Notes: a model not told the origin generated them from the letters alone. Counted from the first letter of the stretch, positions 12,345-25,469 are shown. The stretch: DNA of 64,000 nt from Clostridium thermobutyricum (GCA_016841565.1 JAENYX010000011.1:7549-71548); one strand, 5' to 3'. Numbers and translations are program-made.

Positions 12345-12402
12345 TTACTGCACCTCCCAAACTTATTAGCGGATTATCTCATCAAAGACAATCATAATAG
12401 CC

Positions 12403-12711
12403 TTACAATTTGATTTCTATATCTACACCGGCGGGCAGGTCAAGCCGCATCAGCGCATCTACCGTTTTAGGATTGGGGTTGTGAATGTCTATAAGCCTTT
12501 TGTGAGTCCTTATTTCGAACTGTTCCCTCGAATCTTTGTACTTATGGGGAGCCCGAAGTATGGTCACAATATCCTTTTCGGTAGGCAGCGGTATAGGACC
12601 CGACACTTTTGCGCCTGTCTTTTTGGCAGTATCAACTATCTTAGCTGCAGACTGGTCAAGTGCCGAATGGTCAAACGCCTTTAACCTTATCCTAATTTTT
12701 TGTTTCGCCAT
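12403..12711 (-). CDS. rpsJ: 30S ribosomal protein S10
   Basis: [11 protein letters not shown]; GPIPLPT; [10 protein letters not shown]. Confidence 0.98.
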   Translation of the reverse strand: MAKQKIRIRLKAFDHSALDQSAAKIVDTAKKTGAKVSGPIPLPTEKDIVTILRAPHKYKDSREQFEIRTHKRLIDIHNPNPKTVDALMRLDLPAGVDIEIKL

Positions 12712-12714
12712 CAA

Positions 12715-12905
12715 GTTTCCCTCCTTAAAATCGCACGTTTTTGTTTACGCGCAACCGGTCTCATATACACTCATCCAGGCGTCCAGAATTTTTTTTATAA
12801 TAGGCGCATACAAAACCCAGTCGCCCCATTCAGGATGTGGACATACTCCTTGGAAATTTCCCGGCTGGACACCGGCAACCTTCCATATCATCGCACTTAT
12901 CGCAA
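12715..12905 (-). ncRNA. Putative S10-operon leader RNA (S10-Clostridia r-leader-like)
   Basis: About 190-nt 5' UTR with GCGATGA..GGAAGGTTGCCGG...CCGGGAAATTTCC..GGAG..TGTCC...GGGCGA, which I recall as conserved upstream of rpsJ in Firmicutes; not checked against Rfam. Confidence 0.55.
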
Positions 12906-12912
12906 CTTCTAT

Positions 12913-12941
12913 ATTTTATAATAACAACAAAAAAATATCAA
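12913..12941 (-). promoter_or_regulatory. Sigma-A promoter of S10 operon
   Basis: TTGATA-N17-TAAAAT. Confidence 0.7.
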
Positions 12942-12948
12942 TACCAAT

Positions 12949-13046
12949 TTGAGAAGTGGGAAGTGGGATATGCGAAGTGGGATTTTAGTACCGCCCTTAA
13001 GCACTGCTAAGATTCCCACCTCTCACATCACACCTCTCACATCCCA
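12949..13046. repeat. 98-bp heptamer-repeat hairpin element, copy 1
   Basis: TTGA + 4 GAAGTGG-like heptamers + 35-bp core + 4 CCACCTC/TCACATC-like heptamers + CCA; abuts tuf stop. Confidence 0.9.
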
Positions 13047-14234
13047 TTACAGTATCTTGGATACTACTCCTGCACCTACCGTTCTTCCGCCTTCCCTTAT
13101 GGCAAAACGGATACCCTCTTCTATAGCAATGGGGATTATAAGCTTTATTGTCATTGTGATGTTGTCGCCCGGCATGCACATCTCCACACCTTCAGGCAGA
13201 CTTATACTGCCTGTTACGTCGGTTGTCCTGAAATAAAACTGCGGCCGGTAACCGTTGAAAAAGGGTGTGTGCCTTCCTCCCTCTTCCTTGGTCAGTACAT
13301 AAACCTCTGCTTCAAAATGTGTATGCGGTTTTATTGACCCAGGCTTTGCCAATACCTGGCCCCTTTCTATTTCGTTACGCTGTACTCCCCTTAACAGGGC
13401 TCCTATGTTGTCTCCTGCCACCGCCTGGTCAAGAAGCTTTCTGAACATCTCTACTCCCGTTACTACTACCGACCTTGACTCTTCGGTAAGTCCCACTATC
13501 TCTACCTGGTCCTGTACCTTCAGCGTTCCTCTTTCTATCCTGCCTGTTGCCACTGTTCCCCTGCCTGTTATGCTGAATACGTCCTCTACCGGCATAAGAA
13601 ACGGTTTCTCGGTGTCCCTCTCGGGAGTGGGAATGTATTTGTCTACTGCATCCATTAATTCTATTATGGAGTCTGCCCATTCGCTGTCGGGGTCTTCCAG
13701 GGCCTTTAAAGCAGAGCCTTTTATTACCGGTACTTCGTCTCCGGGAAATTTGTATTCGTTTAGCAGATCCCTAACTTCCATTTCTACCAGCTCTATCAGC
13801 TCTTCGTCGTCCACCATGTCGCATTTGTTCAGGTATACCACTATGTATGGCACGTTAACCTGTCGCGCCAGCAGTATATGCTCTCTTGTCTGCGGCATGG
13901 GGCCGTCGGCTGCCGATACCACTATTATTGCTCCGTCCATCTGTGCCGCTCCTGTTATCATGTTCTTTACATAGTCGGCATGGCCGGGGCAGTCTACGTG
14001 CGCATAGTGCCTGTTTTCTGTCTCATATTCCACATGGGCAGTCGATATTGTTATGCCCCTTTCCTTCTCTTCCGGTGCCTTGTCTATCTGATCGTACGCC
14101 GTCGCGGCTGCTCCGCCCTTCTTTGACAGTACAAAGGTTATTGCCGCTGTCAGCGTCGTCTTGCCGTGGTCTATGTGACCAATAGTTCCTACGTTTATAT
14201 GCGGTTTGGTCCTTTCATATTTCGCCTTTCCCAT
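13047..14234 (-). CDS. tuf: Elongation factor Tu (str-operon copy, 395 aa)
   Basis: [26 protein letters not shown]; start [10 protein letters not shown] after GGAGG. Confidence 0.99.
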   Translation of the reverse strand: MGKAKYERTKPHINVGTIGHIDHGKTTLTAAITFVLSKKGGAAATAYDQIDKAPEEKERGITISTAHVEYETENRHYAHVDCPGHADYVKNMITGAAQMDGAIIVVSAADGPMPQTREHILLARQVNVPYIVVYLNKCDMVDDEELIELVEMEVRDLLNEYKFPGDEVPVIKGSALKALEDPDSEWADSIIELMDAVDKYIPTPERDTEKPFLMPVEDVFSITGRGTVATGRIERGTLKVQDQVEIVGLTEESRSVVVTGVEMFRKLLDQAVAGDNIGALLRGVQRNEIERGQVLAKPGSIKPHTHFEAEVYVLTKEEGGRHTPFFNGYRPQFYFRTTDVTGSISLPEGVEMCMPGDNITMTIKLIIPIAIEEGIRFAIREGGRTVGAGVVSKIL

Positions 14235-14312
14235 CCTTCTTTTCTCCTCCTTACGAATGTAATTTTGCAAGGAGCGGCCGGCCGTTAAGTCATCCCGCCC
14301 CTTAAAGTCATG

Positions 14313-16391
14313 CTATCTTAATATCTGTTCCTTAATACTCTGTGGTACGGTCTCATAATGGCTGAAATGCATTGTATAGGTTCCTCGTCCCTGGGTCTTG
14401 GATCTTAAGTCGGTGGCATAACCAAACATCTGGGCAAGAGGAACATATCCCCTTATTATCTGGGCTCCTGTCCTTGGCTCTATTCCTTCAATCCTGCCCC
14501 TTCTGCCGTTTATATCTCCCATAACATCACCCATATAGTCCTCGGATACCACCACTTCAACCTTCATTATGGGCTCCAGAAGTACCGGCTGGGCTTTTTT
14601 CGCGCCTTCCTTGAAGGCCATTGACCCTGCTATCTTAAAGGCCATCTCAGAGGAGTCAACCTCATGGAACGAGCCATCTACAATAGTGGCCTTTATATCA
14701 AGCATCTTGTAACCGCCCAGTACACCATTCTCCATTGCCTCTCTGATTCCGGCCTCCACTGCAGGTATATATTCTCTGGGTACAGCTCCTCCAACAATCT
14801 TGTTTTCAAATTCAAATCCACTGCCCGGCTCAAGGGGCTCGAGTTCAATGACCACATGGCCGTATTGACCTCTTCCTCCCGATTGTCTTATAAATTTGCC
14901 CTCGGCTTTAACCTTCCTGGTGATGGTTTCCTTAAAGGATACCTGCTGCTTTCCTACATTGGCTTCCACCTTAAATTCCCTAAGCAGCCTGTCAACTATA
15001 ATTTCCAGATGAAGCTCTCCCATTCCTGAGATTATGGTCTGCCCTGTTTCTTCATCAGTATAGGTTTTAAAGGTAGGGTCTTCCTCGGACAGTTTCTGCA
15101 GGGATATACTCATTCTCTCCTGCCCGGCTTTTGTTTTTGGTTCGATAGCGATTGAAATAACCGGTTCAGGAAAAACCATGGATTCAAGTATCAATGGATG
15201 ATGATCATCACACAGAGTATCCCCGGTTGTGGTATCCTTAAACCCGATTGCGGCAGCTATATCACCGGCATAAACCTCCGGGACTTCCTCCCGGTTATTA
15301 GCATGCATCATTAGTATCCTTCCTATTCTTTCCTTCTTATCCTTTGTTGAGTTATATACATAGGATCCGGTTTTAAGGGTTCCGGAGTATACTCTGAAAA
15401 ATGTCAGTTTTCCCACGTAGGGATCGCTCATAATTTTAAAGGCCAGAGCCGAAAAAGGCTCATTATCGGAAGGATGTCTCTCCTCATATTCATTTGCATC
15501 CGGGTCATCGGAATTTGGAAGCACTCCTTTTATGGCCTCTACATCTACCGGTGAAGGCATATAGGACACTATGGCATCCAGCAGAGGCTGTACTCCTTTA
15601 TTCTTATAGGATGACCCACATAATACCGGGATAACTTTCACACTAATTGTTGCTGCCCTCAAGGCTTTTATTATATCTTCCCTGGGGATTTCTTCTCCCT
15701 CCAGGTACTTGAGCATCAGGCTGTCATCATATTCGGCTATGGATTCCAGCATATGGTTCCTGTGCGTCTCGGCCAACTCTATCATGTCATCGGGAATGGG
15801 CTTTTCCTCGCTCCTTGTACCAAGGTCGTCGAGGTAATACACAGCTTTCATTCCTATTAAATCTACAATTCCCTTAAAGCCGTCTTCACTGCCAATGGGC
15901 AGTTGTATGGCCACCGGATTGGCTCCCAGCCTTTTTTTCATCATTTCCATTACATTAAAAAAGTCGGCTCCGGTTATATCCATTTTATTGACATATGCAA
16001 TTCTCGGAACATTATACTTGTCAGCCTGGCGCCATACTGCCTCGGACTGGGGCTCTACCCCGCCCTTTGCACAGAAAACCGCTACCGAACCATCGAGAAC
16101 GCGCAGGGACCTCTCGACCTCCACTGTGAAATCCACATGCCCTGGCGTATCGATGATATTTATTCTATGATCCTTCCAATATGCAGTAGTAGCTGCAGAG
16201 GTAATGGTAATTCCCCTCTCCTGCTCCTGTTCCATCCAGTCCATGGTCGCAGCTCCATCATGCACTTCCCCCATCCTGTGGAGCCGGCCTGTATAGAATA
16301 AAACACGCTCGGTAGTAGTGGTTTTCCCCGCATCAATATGTGCCATTATCCCAATATTTCTGATTTTTTCTATAGGAAACTGTCTAGGCAC
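14313..16391 (-). CDS. fusA: Elongation factor G
   Basis: [23 protein letters not shown]; GTG start after AAGGAG. Confidence 0.99.
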   Translation of the reverse strand: MPRQFPIEKIRNIGIMAHIDAGKTTTTERVLFYTGRLHRMGEVHDGAATMDWMEQEQERGITITSAATTAYWKDHRINIIDTPGHVDFTVEVERSLRVLDGSVAVFCAKGGVEPQSEAVWRQADKYNVPRIAYVNKMDITGADFFNVMEMMKKRLGANPVAIQLPIGSEDGFKGIVDLIGMKAVYYLDDLGTRSEEKPIPDDMIELAETHRNHMLESIAEYDDSLMLKYLEGEEIPREDIIKALRAATISVKVIPVLCGSSYKNKGVQPLLDAIVSYMPSPVDVEAIKGVLPNSDDPDANEYEERHPSDNEPFSALAFKIMSDPYVGKLTFFRVYSGTLKTGSYVYNSTKDKKERIGRILMMHANNREEVPEVYAGDIAAAIGFKDTTTGDTLCDDHHPLILESMVFPEPVISIAIEPKTKAGQERMSISLQKLSEEDPTFKTYTDEETGQTIISGMGELHLEIIVDRLLREFKVEANVGKQQVSFKETITRKVKAEGKFIRQSGGRGQYGHVVIELEPLEPGSGFEFENKIVGGAVPREYIPAVEAGIREAMENGVLGGYKMLDIKATIVDGSFHEVDSSEMAFKIAGSMAFKEGAKKAQPVLLEPIMKVEVVVSEDYMGDVMGDINGRRGRIEGIEPRTGAQIIRGYVPLAQMFGYATDLRSKTQGRGTYTMHFSHYETVPQSIKEQILR

Positions 16392-16453
16392 AGCTAGTAC
16401 TCCTTTCGGCCGGAAATATTCCGGCATTGTTCTCGGATAAGCTCAGTAAGATT

Positions 16454-16924
16454 CTACCATCTGTAATGTGCAAAAGCTTTATTTGCTTCGGCCATCTTAT
16501 GGGTATCTTCCTTCTTTTTAATGCTGGCTCCGGTATTGTTCAAAGCGTCCAGGATTTCTCCCGCAAGCTTGTCCTTCATTGTTTTCTCTCCGCGGTTCCT
16601 GGTATAGTTAACCAGCCATCTTAGGCCCAAGGCCAGACGCCTGTCATAGCGTACCTCCATGGGAACCTGGTAGGTTGCTCCCCCAACCCTTCTCGCTTTC
16701 ACTTCCAGTACAGGCATTATGTTGTCAAGAGCTTCCCGGAAGACTTCCAAAGCATCTCTGCCCGTTTTTTTATTGATTGTTTCAAAGGCATCGTATACTA
16801 TCTTTTGTGCTACTCCTCTTTTTCCGTCCAACATAATATAGTTTATCAGCTTGGTAACTATTTTGTCGTTGTAAATAGGGTCCGGTAACAGTTCCCTTTT
16901 GGGAACACTTCCTTTCCTTGGCAC
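16454..16924 (-). CDS. rpsG: 30S ribosomal protein S7
   Basis: [11 protein letters not shown]; [13 protein letters not shown]. Confidence 0.99.
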   Translation of the reverse strand: MPRKGSVPKRELLPDPIYNDKIVTKLINYIMLDGKRGVAQKIVYDAFETINKKTGRDALEVFREALDNIMPVLEVKARRVGGATYQVPMEVRYDRRLALGLRWLVNYTRNRGEKTMKDKLAGEILDALNNTGASIKKKEDTHKMAEANKAFAHYRW

Positions 16925-17035
16925 ACTGCTTCCCTCCTCAATAATGAAAATTATTCATCGGTACTCGGCGGTAAAAAAGCCGCCGTTGTGCTCTGTACTC
17001 TATATAAAATGCACAGCGGCACAATTATTATTCAG

Positions 17036-17413
17036 TTATTTCGTTTTAGGTCTCTTGGCTCCATACTTTGACCTGGATTGTTTCCGGTTTTCAACGCCGG
17101 CAGCGTCAAGAGTACCCCTTACAATATGGTACCTTACACCGGGAAGGTCTTTAACCCTGCCCCCCCTTATCAATACTACCGAGTGCTCCTGAAGGTTGTG
17201 TCCAATCCCCGGGATATAACCTGAAACCTCGATTCCGTTTGTCAGTCTTACCCTGGCAATCTTTCTCAATGCGGAATTAGGCTTCTTGGGTGTTGTGGTC
17301 TTTACGGTAGTACAAACCCCCCTTTTCTGAGGGTTTTCCTTAAGGGCAGGAGACGCTGATTTGTACTGGGATACAACTCTTCCTTTCCTTACCAGCTGGT
17401 TTATTGTTGGCAT
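17036..17413 (-). CDS. rpsL: 30S ribosomal protein S12
   Basis: [11 protein letters not shown]; [12 protein letters not shown]. Confidence 0.99.
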   Translation of the reverse strand: MPTINQLVRKGRVVSQYKSASPALKENPQKRGVCTTVKTTTPKKPNSALRKIARVRLTNGIEVSGYIPGIGHNLQEHSVVLIRGGRVKDLPGVRYHIVRGTLDAAGVENRKQSRSKYGAKRPKTK

Positions 17414-17537
17414 TTTTTCACCTCCTTAAAATTTAATATGTTCATCATAAAAACAACCCTTCACTAGGGAAGGGCTGTCATTGTTACCTATTACCGCAGT
17501 TGGGAGACGCCGTCCACCAATGGACGGTTACTCCTGA

Positions 17538-17783
17538 CTATTGCTTCAGTACAACGGCAGATGCGGCTCCTACCTCAATACCGCATGCTTTGCCCAACTC
17601 CTCCATGGTATTAACCTTAACCACTTCTATACACTTTTCAACACAAAGAGCTTCCAGCTGCTGTGTGACATGTCGGTCGGCGTCCCTGGCAATATATGCC
17701 CTGAGGACTCTTCCCTCTTTAACTGCCCTGACGGATTGCTTTATGCCTACAGCCTTCCGGACAGTCTTCAACCCTTCCAGCAT
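17538..17783 (-). CDS. L7Ae-family RNA-binding protein (YbxF-like)
   Basis: VGIKQS.RA..YIARDAD...LGKACGIEVGAAS; upstream of rpsL. Confidence 0.93.
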   Translation of the reverse strand: MLEGLKTVRKAVGIKQSVRAVKEGRVLRAYIARDADRHVTQQLEALCVEKCIEVVKVNTMEELGKACGIEVGAASAVVLKQ

Positions 17784-17819
17784 ACTAAAACCTCCCAGCC
17801 TCCAATTGCAACATTATAT

Positions 17820-17848
17820 ATTTTATCACTGGCAGACTGCCGTGTCAA
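17820..17848 (-). promoter_or_regulatory. Sigma-A promoter of L7Ae-str operon
   Basis: TTGACA-N17-TAAAAT with TG extension. Confidence 0.8.
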
Positions 17849-17853
17849 TTCTA

Positions 17854-20800
17854 TTATTGCAGCTCTGCCTCCTGATGGCCCAAAACATCCTTCTCCTGTT
17901 CTTCCTCTACGCAAAGCTGTATATTCCTATACCTGCTCATTCCGGTACCTGCAGGAATCAGCTTTCCTATTATCACGTTTTCTTTGAGCCCTACCAACGG
18001 ATCCATCTTGCCTTTAATTGCCGCTTCGGTAAGCACACGGGTAGTCTCCTGGAAGGATGCGGCCGACAGGAAGGATTCGGTTGCAAGGGAGGCCTTTGTT
18101 ATGCCCAGCAGCACCCTTTTACCTATGGCCGGTTTCCCGTCCTCTCCTTCAATCTGTTGGTTTTCCTCTTCAAATCTGAAGATGTCAATAAGTCCTCCCG
18201 GCAATAGTTCGGTATCCCCGGAATCGTCCACTTTGACCTTCCTCAGCATCTGTCTTATTATTACCTCTATATGCTTATCGTTTATGTCGACACCCTGAAG
18301 ACGATATACCTTTTGTACTTCTTGTAATAGATAGGTTTGAACTCCCTTAACTCCTTTAATCTTCAGAATTTCGTGGGGGTTGACGGAGCCTTCGGTAATC
18401 TCGTCTCCGGCTTCCACCACATCTCCGTCTTTAACTTTAACCCAGGCACCGTAAGGTATCAGATAATTCTTTGCTTCACCTTCATCGGTTACTACCACCA
18501 CTTCCCGTTTCTTCCTGTTGTCGTTAACCTTAACGGTACCCGATACCTCGGCGATGACAGCAAGTCCTTTAGGTTTTCTGGCTTCAAACAGCTCCTCAAC
18601 CCTCGGCAGACCCTGTGTAATATCATCTCCTGCTACGCCTCCTGTATGGAAGGTACGCATGGTAAGCTGTGTTCCGGGTTCTCCTATAGACTGTGCTGCT
18701 ATTATTCCAACGGCTTCGCCAACGTTTACCGGATCTCCCGATGCCAGGTTAACTCCGTAGCATTTGGTGCAGACACCATGCCTGGAGCGGCAGGTCAGAA
18801 CTGAACGTATAGGCACTTTCTTGATGCCCGCCTTCAACACCTTTTGGACATAATAATCGTCTATAAGGGTATCGGCAGGTATAATTACCTCGTTGGTATT
18901 GGGGTCCACCACCTCATGCAGTGTATACCTGCCCCAAATCCTGTCGGAAAGATCTTCTATTACATCCTTTCCGTCGCGAACGCTGCTAACCTCCAATGTC
19001 TGGTTGGTACTGCAATCTTCTTCCCTTACTATAACATCCTGGCTGACATCCACAAGCCTTCGGGTCAGATACCCTGAGTCTGCGGTTCTTAAAGCCGTAT
19101 CGGCAAGTCCTTTCCTCGCGCCATGGGTGGATATGAAAAACTCCAACACCGTAAGCCCTTCCCTGAAATTGGCCCGTATGGGCAGCTCAATAATACGACC
19201 TGAAGGGTTGGCCATAAGCCCTCTCATCCCGGCAAGCTGCCGTATTTGGTTTTTGCTGCCCCTGGCACCCGAATGCGCCATCATAAATATGGAGTTCATG
19301 GGGTCGAGGTTTTTCATAAGAGCATCGGTAACGTCTTCGGTAACCTTGGTCCATGTCTCTATAACTTTTTGATACCTTTCATCGTTGGAAATCAACCCTC
19401 TTCTGTACTGTTTTTCGATTATATCCACTTCTTCGTCCGCTTTGGACAACAGGTTGGCCTTTTCCCCCGGAATGTGCATATCTGATACCGATATTGTTAT
19501 TGCACCCCTGGTGGAATATTTAAAGCCCAGTTCCTTCATCCTGTCCAGCACAACGGCGGTTTCGGTATTGCCATACATCCGGTAACACCTGTCTATTATT
19601 TTCCCAACGGTTTTTTTATCTACCAGCTCATCTATTTCAAGCTTGGTTTTATTTTCAGGAATACTTCTATCTACAAATCCCAGCTTCTGGGGAATAGCGT
19701 TATTGAAAATAAATCTCCCCACTGTGCTTTCCACCATACTGGTGGTTCCGTCCGTTTCATCGGTCATCCGTACCCTTACCTTTACATGAAGGTCTACTTT
19801 CCCTGTTTCATAAGCCATAAGCATCTCATTATAATCACGGAAAGCTTTTCCTTCTCCCAGTCCCCTTTCAACGTGGGCGGTCAGATAATACAATCCCAGT
19901 ACCAAGTCCTGGGTGGGGCTTACTACAGGCTTGCCATCGGTTGGTTTAAGGATATTATTGGTGGACAGCATAAGCAGTCTTGCTTCGGCCTGAGCTTCGG
20001 CCGAGAGGGGTACGTGTACGGCCATCTGGTCTCCATCAAAGTCGGCATTATACGCAGTACAAACCAATGGATGTATTTTAAGTGCCCTGCCTTCAACCAA
20101 AACCGGCTCAAAGGCCTGTATCCCCAGTCTGTGCAGAGTAGGCGCCCTGTTTAGCAGAACCGGGTGCTCCTTTATAACCTCCTCCAGGACATCCCAAACC
20201 TCCGGTCTTATCCTTTCCACCATCCGTTTTGCACTTTTTATATTGTGAGCATAATTTTCGTTCACAAGCTTTTTCATTACAAAGGGTTTGAACAGTTCAA
20301 GAGCCATTTCCTTCGGTAATCCGCACTGGTACATCTTCAGCTCGGGTCCGACAACTATTACCGAACGCCCTGAATAGTCCACCCTCTTACCAAGAAGGTT
20401 CTGGCGGAATCTTCCCTGTTTACCCTTTAACATATCCGACAGGGATTTAAGGGGACGGTTGCCGGGACCTGTAACCGGGCGTCCTCTTCTTCCATTATCT
20501 ATAAGAGCATCCACAGCTTCCTGCAGCATTCTCTTTTCATTTCTTACAATAATATCCGGAGCCCCCAAATCAAGGAGTCTCTTTAAACGGTTGTTCCTAT
20601 TAATTACCCTTCTGTACAAATCGTTCAAATCCGAGGTTGCAAACCTGCCTCCATCCAGCTGTACCATTGGCCTGAGCTCGGGCGGTATTACCGGAATAAC
20701 ATCAAGCACCATCCATTCGGGCCTGTTGCCGGATTTTCTGAAGGCTTCAACTACTTCCAGCCTTCTGACGGCACGAATTTTTTTCTGACCGGTACTTTCC

Positions 20801-21387
20801 TTTAACTGGATTTTCAACTCAGCTGAAAGTTTATCAAGCTCAATCTTGCGAAGCAGTTCCTTTATGGCCTCGGCTCCCATTCCATACCTGAATTTATTCC
20901 CAAACTTTTCAACGGCCTCTCTGAATTCCTTCTCGGACAGAAGCTGCTTCTCGGACAATCCTGTCGCTCCGGGGTCAATGACAATATAGGATGCAAAGTA
21001 TAAAACTTTTTCAAGGGACCTTGGAGACATGTCCAGAAGGAGCCCCATACGGCTGGGTATACCTTTAAAATACCAGATATGGGATACGGGAGCTGCAAGC
21101 TCTATATGTCCCATTCTCTCTCTTCTTACCTTGGAACGGGTTACTTCCACCCCGCATCGATCACAAACAATGCCCTTGTATCTAACTCTCTTATACTTGC
21201 CGCAATGACACTCCCAGTCCTTCTGGGGGCCGAAGATTTTTTCGCAGAACAAACCCTCTTTCTCAGGTTTTAACGTCCTGTAATTTATGGTCTCTGGTTT
21301 TTTTACTTCTCCCCTCGACCACTCACGAATTTTTTCCGGTGAGGCCAAACCGATTCTTATTGAATCGAAAAAGTTAAGTTCGAACAA
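17854..21387 (-). CDS. rpoC: RNA polymerase beta' subunit
   Basis: NADFDGDQM catalytic motif, N-terminal zinc finger, [15 protein letters not shown]. Confidence 0.99.
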   Translation of the reverse strand: MFELNFFDSIRIGLASPEKIREWSRGEVKKPETINYRTLKPEKEGLFCEKIFGPQKDWECHCGKYKRVRYKGIVCDRCGVEVTRSKVRRERMGHIELAAPVSHIWYFKGIPSRMGLLLDMSPRSLEKVLYFASYIVIDPGATGLSEKQLLSEKEFREAVEKFGNKFRYGMGAEAIKELLRKIELDKLSAELKIQLKESTGQKKIRAVRRLEVVEAFRKSGNRPEWMVLDVIPVIPPELRPMVQLDGGRFATSDLNDLYRRVINRNNRLKRLLDLGAPDIIVRNEKRMLQEAVDALIDNGRRGRPVTGPGNRPLKSLSDMLKGKQGRFRQNLLGKRVDYSGRSVIVVGPELKMYQCGLPKEMALELFKPFVMKKLVNENYAHNIKSAKRMVERIRPEVWDVLEEVIKEHPVLLNRAPTLHRLGIQAFEPVLVEGRALKIHPLVCTAYNADFDGDQMAVHVPLSAEAQAEARLLMLSTNNILKPTDGKPVVSPTQDLVLGLYYLTAHVERGLGEGKAFRDYNEMLMAYETGKVDLHVKVRVRMTDETDGTTSMVESTVGRFIFNNAIPQKLGFVDRSIPENKTKLEIDELVDKKTVGKIIDRCYRMYGNTETAVVLDRMKELGFKYSTRGAITISVSDMHIPGEKANLLSKADEEVDIIEKQYRRGLISNDERYQKVIETWTKVTEDVTDALMKNLDPMNSIFMMAHSGARGSKNQIRQLAGMRGLMANPSGRIIELPIRANFREGLTVLEFFISTHGARKGLADTALRTADSGYLTRRLVDVSQDVIVREEDCSTNQTLEVSSVRDGKDVIEDLSDRIWGRYTLHEVVDPNTNEVIIPADTLIDDYYVQKVLKAGIKKVPIRSVLTCRSRHGVCTKCYGVNLASGDPVNVGEAVGIIAAQSIGEPGTQLTMRTFHTGGVAGDDITQGLPRVEELFEARKPKGLAVIAEVSGTVKVNDNRKKREVVVVTDEGEAKNYLIPYGAWVKVKDGDVVEAGDEITEGSVNPHEILKIKGVKGVQTYLLQEVQKVYRLQGVDINDKHIEVIIRQMLRKVKVDDSGDTELLPGGLIDIFRFEEENQQIEGEDGKPAIGKRVLLGITKASLATESFLSAASFQETTRVLTEAAIKGKMDPLVGLKENVIIGKLIPAGTGMSRYRNIQLCVEEEQEKDVLGHQEAELQ

Positions 21388-21405
21388 GGAGTTTCTCTCC
21401 CTTCA

Positions 21406-24400
21406 TTAATAATCTAAATCGTCGTTGCTGTCTTCTTCTTCCTCAAAATCTTCGTCCTCAAAGAGCGCATCATCAATCTCGACGTCCTCGCCATCAATCT
21501 GTGGGAGGTCATCCAGGTTAAGTTCATCTTCGAGCTCATCATCGTCATCAAGTCTTTCATCGTAGGAAATATCTCCCGGCTCGTCTTCCCTGCCTTCAAT
21601 GTTCACCGACAGTTCTTCTATTTCTTCTTCGTCTTCATCCAGTTCCCTCAGGGCAATCTCTTCGTTTTCCTCCGAAAGAACCTTCACGTCCAGAGCGAGG
21701 CTCTGCAGTTCCTTTATCAATACTTTAAACGATTCCGGAACCCCCGGCTCGGGGATATTTTCTCCTTTTACAATAGACTCATAGGTTTTGACCCTGCCAA
21801 CAACATCATCCGATTTAACGGTCAAAATCTCCTGCAATGTATGGGAGGCGCCATAGGCCTCAAGAGCCCATACTTCCATTTCACCAAACCTCTGTCCACC
21901 GAATTGCGCTTTACCGCCCAGCGGCTGTTGGGTGACCAATGAATAAGGTCCGGTGGAACGCGCATGAATTTTATCGTCTACCAAATGGGCAAGCTTGAGC
22001 ATGTACATATATCCTACGGTAACCCTATTGTCAAAGGGCTGACCTGTCCTGCCGTCATACACCATCAATTTCCCGTCTTTGGGAACCCCTGCCTTGTTCA
22101 GTGTGGAAAATACATCCTCCTCGTTGGCCCCGTCGAATACCGGTGTTGCTATTTCCCAGCCTAACAGCTTGGCTGCAAGACCTAAATGCACCTCCAGCAC
22201 TTGTCCTATATTCATTCTGGAAGGAACTCCCAGGGGGTTCAGTACTATTTCCAATGGAGTCCCGTCGGGAAGAAACGGCATATCCTCCTCAGGCAGTATT
22301 CTTGATATTACCCCTTTGTTACCATGCCTGCCTGCCATCTTATCCCCAACAGATATTTTCCTTTTTTGAGCCACATAGACTCTTGCAAGGTTGTTGACCC
22401 CGGGGGGCAGCTCATCTCCGGTTTCCCGGGTAAATACTTTTACATCAACAATTATACCCGATTCTCCATGGGGGACTCTCAAAGAGGTATCCCTGACTTC
22501 CCGGGCCTTTTCCCCGAATATTGCCCTTAAAAGTCTTTCCTCGGCCGTCAGCTCGGTTTCACCCTTTGGCGTCACTTTACCTACCAGGATATCTCCGGCC
22601 CGGACCTCAGCTCCTATACGTATTATTCCTCTTTCGTCAAGGTCCTTCAGGGCATCCTCGCCCACGTTGGGGATATCTCTGGTTACCTCTTCAGGGCCAA
22701 GCTTGGTATCCCTGGCTTCGGCTTCATACTCTTCTATATGGATGGAAGTATATACATCCTCCTTAACAAGCTTTTCACTGATAAGGATAGCATCTTCATA
22801 GTTATAGCCTTCCCATGTCATAAAACCTACCAGCACATCCTTGCCGAGGGAAATCTCCCCTTCCCTTGTGGAGGGTCCGTCAGCTATAACCTGGCCTTTT
22901 TGTATCTCTTCCCCTTTATGCACAATAGGTCTCTGATTGATGCAGGTGCCCTGGTTTGAACGTTTGAACTTAAGCAGCTTGTATATGTCCGTCTGTCGGT
23001 CGGTGCTCCTCTTTATCCTAATTTCGTCTGCCGAAACCCGCTCCACCGTTCCTGGGTTTTCGGCAATTATTACCACTCCCGAATCCTTGGCCGCTTTATA
23101 TTCCATGCCTGTACCCACAACGGGAGATTCCGGTTTTAAGAGCGGCACTGCCTGTCTTTGCATGTTTGCTCCCATGAGTGCCCTGTTGGCGTCATCGTTT
23201 TCAAGAAAGGGAATCATGGATGTTGCAACCGATACAACCTGCTTGGGTGACACGTCCATAAAATCGACTTGGGATGACGGAACAACCACAATGTCTCTTT
23301 TGGCCCCCGCTCTTGAGGTAATTCTTTTGTCTATAAACCTTCCCTCTTCATCCAGCGGGTCATTGGCCTGAGCTATAATATATTCTCCCTCTTCATCGGC
23401 TGTCATATATATTATTTCATCGGTAACTACACCTCTGCTGCTGTCCACCTTTCTGTAGGGAGCCTCTATAAATCCATATTCGTTTATTTGCGCATAGGTG
23501 CTTAAGGACCCAATCAATCCTATATTTGGTCCTTCCGGGGTCTCTATGGGACATATCCTTCCGTAGTGGGAGTTATGTACGTCCCTTACCTCGAAGCCTG
23601 CCCTCTCACGGCTTAACCCCCCGGGTCCAAGGGCGGAAAGTCTCCTCTTATGCGTCAGCTCGGCCAGCGGATTGGTCTGGTCCATGAACTGGGACAGCTG
23701 GCTGCTGCCGAAGAACTCTTTAATGGACGCTACTACCGGTCTTATATTGATAAGTGCCTGTGGTGTAACGACATCTATATCCTGAATGGTCATTCTTTCC
23801 TTAACCACTCTTTCCATCCTGGAAAGACCAATTCTGAACTGATTCTGCAAAAGTTCTCCCACGCATCTCAGCCTTCTGTTTCCCAAATGGTCGATATCAT
23901 CCACATCTCCCGTTTCGTATGACAAACAGAACATATAGTTTACCGAGGCAATCATATCATCGATTATTATATGTTTCGGAGATAACTCGGCTGCTCTTTC
24001 CTTTAGGCTTTCCCTGAACTCCTCTTCGGATTTACAGGTTTCTATAATCTCCTTCAATACGGGGTAGTACAGCATTTTACTCAGCCTCAACTGCTCTACC
24101 CCCGATAAATCAAAGGGAAGGACAATGGAATTGGCATCTACAAAGTTGTTGCCCACCACTTTGATCTCTGCATCCTCAAACTTTATCACAACGGAGTTTA
24201 TTCCAAGATTCTGAATTGTTTTTGCTTGTTCCTTGGCTATCTTCTGCCCCTTTTGAACTATCGTTTCTCCTGTGACCGGATTGTTAATATCCTCTGCACT
24301 TATCTTTCCCCATATCCTGGACCACAGTGACAATTTCTTGTTGAATTTGTATCTTCCGACCTTCGCAAGGTCATATCTTTTGGGATCAAAAAACAGAGTG

Positions 24401-25167
24401 TTTATCAGTGACTGGGCGCTGTCAATGGTTGGCGGTTCTCCTGGTCTCAGCCTTTTGTATATGTCCAGAAGAGCTTCCTCCGAAGTCTTGGTACCGTCCT
24501 TCTCAAGGGTGGTTAGCAGCCTTTCACTTGACCCAAGGAGTTCTATTATTTCATTGTTGGTAGCATACCCCATGGCTCTTACAAGTACCGTTATGGGAAG
24601 CTTCCTGGTTCTGTCCACCCTAACGTATACTATATCGTTGGAATCCGTCTCGTATTCCAGCCATGCCCCCCGGTTGGGAATAACGGTAGCAGAAAAAAGC
24701 CTCTTACCGGTCTTATCAATCTCTTCAGAATAATAAACACCTGGAGACCTTACCAGCTGACTAACAATAACTCTTTCAGCTCCGTTAATGATGAATGTAC
24801 CCTTATCCGTCATCAGAGGAAAATCTCCCATGAACACTTCCTGTTCCTTCACTTCTCCGGTCTCTCTGTTTATCAGTCTCACTCTGACCTTTAAAGGAGC
24901 AGAATATGTCACGTCCCGTTCCTTGCATTCTTCCACCGAATACTTAGGTTTTTCCTCAAGATAGTAATCCAAAAATTCAAGCACCAGGTTCCCCGTATAG
25001 TCTTGAATGGGGGAAATATCTTCGAACACCTCCCTCAAACCTTCCTCCAGAAACCATAAGTAGGAATTCTTCTGCACCTCAATGAGGTTTGGCATATCCA
25101 GAACTTCATCAATTTTGGAATAGCTCATTCTGACCTTTTTACCCATCTGAACAGGATGTACCATCAT
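21406..25167 (-). CDS. rpoB: RNA polymerase beta subunit
   Basis: [31 protein letters not shown]; start 25167 or 25164. Confidence 0.99.
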   Translation of the reverse strand: MMVHPVQMGKKVRMSYSKIDEVLDMPNLIEVQKNSYLWFLEEGLREVFEDISPIQDYTGNLVLEFLDYYLEEKPKYSVEECKERDVTYSAPLKVRVRLINRETGEVKEQEVFMGDFPLMTDKGTFIINGAERVIVSQLVRSPGVYYSEEIDKTGKRLFSATVIPNRGAWLEYETDSNDIVYVRVDRTRKLPITVLVRAMGYATNNEIIELLGSSERLLTTLEKDGTKTSEEALLDIYKRLRPGEPPTIDSAQSLINTLFFDPKRYDLAKVGRYKFNKKLSLWSRIWGKISAEDINNPVTGETIVQKGQKIAKEQAKTIQNLGINSVVIKFEDAEIKVVGNNFVDANSIVLPFDLSGVEQLRLSKMLYYPVLKEIIETCKSEEEFRESLKERAAELSPKHIIIDDMIASVNYMFCLSYETGDVDDIDHLGNRRLRCVGELLQNQFRIGLSRMERVVKERMTIQDIDVVTPQALINIRPVVASIKEFFGSSQLSQFMDQTNPLAELTHKRRLSALGPGGLSRERAGFEVRDVHNSHYGRICPIETPEGPNIGLIGSLSTYAQINEYGFIEAPYRKVDSSRGVVTDEIIYMTADEEGEYIIAQANDPLDEEGRFIDKRITSRAGAKRDIVVVPSSQVDFMDVSPKQVVSVATSMIPFLENDDANRALMGANMQRQAVPLLKPESPVVGTGMEYKAAKDSGVVIIAENPGTVERVSADEIRIKRSTDRQTDIYKLLKFKRSNQGTCINQRPIVHKGEEIQKGQVIADGPSTREGEISLGKDVLVGFMTWEGYNYEDAILISEKLVKEDVYTSIHIEEYEAEARDTKLGPEEVTRDIPNVGEDALKDLDERGIIRIGAEVRAGDILVGKVTPKGETELTAEERLLRAIFGEKAREVRDTSLRVPHGESGIIVDVKVFTRETGDELPPGVNNLARVYVAQKRKISVGDKMAGRHGNKGVISRILPEEDMPFLPDGTPLEIVLNPLGVPSRMNIGQVLEVHLGLAAKLLGWEIATPVFDGANEEDVFSTLNKAGVPKDGKLMVYDGRTGQPFDNRVTVGYMYMLKLAHLVDDKIHARSTGPYSLVTQQPLGGKAQFGGQRFGEMEVWALEAYGASHTLQEILTVKSDDVVGRVKTYESIVKGENIPEPGVPESFKVLIKELQSLALDVKVLSEENEEIALRELDEDEEEIEELSVNIEGREDEPGDISYDERLDDDDELEDELNLDDLPQIDGEDVEIDDALFEDEDFEEEEDSNDDLDY

Positions 25168-25440
25168 CGCTCACCTCTTGAAATAAAGTAAAATAGCGAC
25201 TTAGTCGCTGTAAACAGGGACCTCCTGCTTTCCAATGCAACAGGTGCTAATAGGGAGGCCTGGAACATGAGTAGAGAAAATAATTAATTGTACTTCAATA
25301 GCCAAATTGCCGTTCACTACAGCTATTCACTTTTTCTATGTAACGGGCAAAAAACATCTATTATACTATTTCCAGATAATAAATATTTTATACAAAAGTA
25401 ATAATAAAGCCTAATTCTGTTTATATCAATGCAATTTATA

Positions 25441-25469
25441 ATATTAACACAGTGTTGAATTGTTGTCAA
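25441..25469 (-). promoter_or_regulatory. Sigma-A promoter of rpoBC
   Basis: TTGACA-N17-TAATAT just after rplL terminator. Confidence 0.65.

Noticed and set aside
17854-25167. Inteins, introns or frameshifts in rpoB/rpoC
   Set aside because: Lengths and motif order are normal and the frames are continuous.
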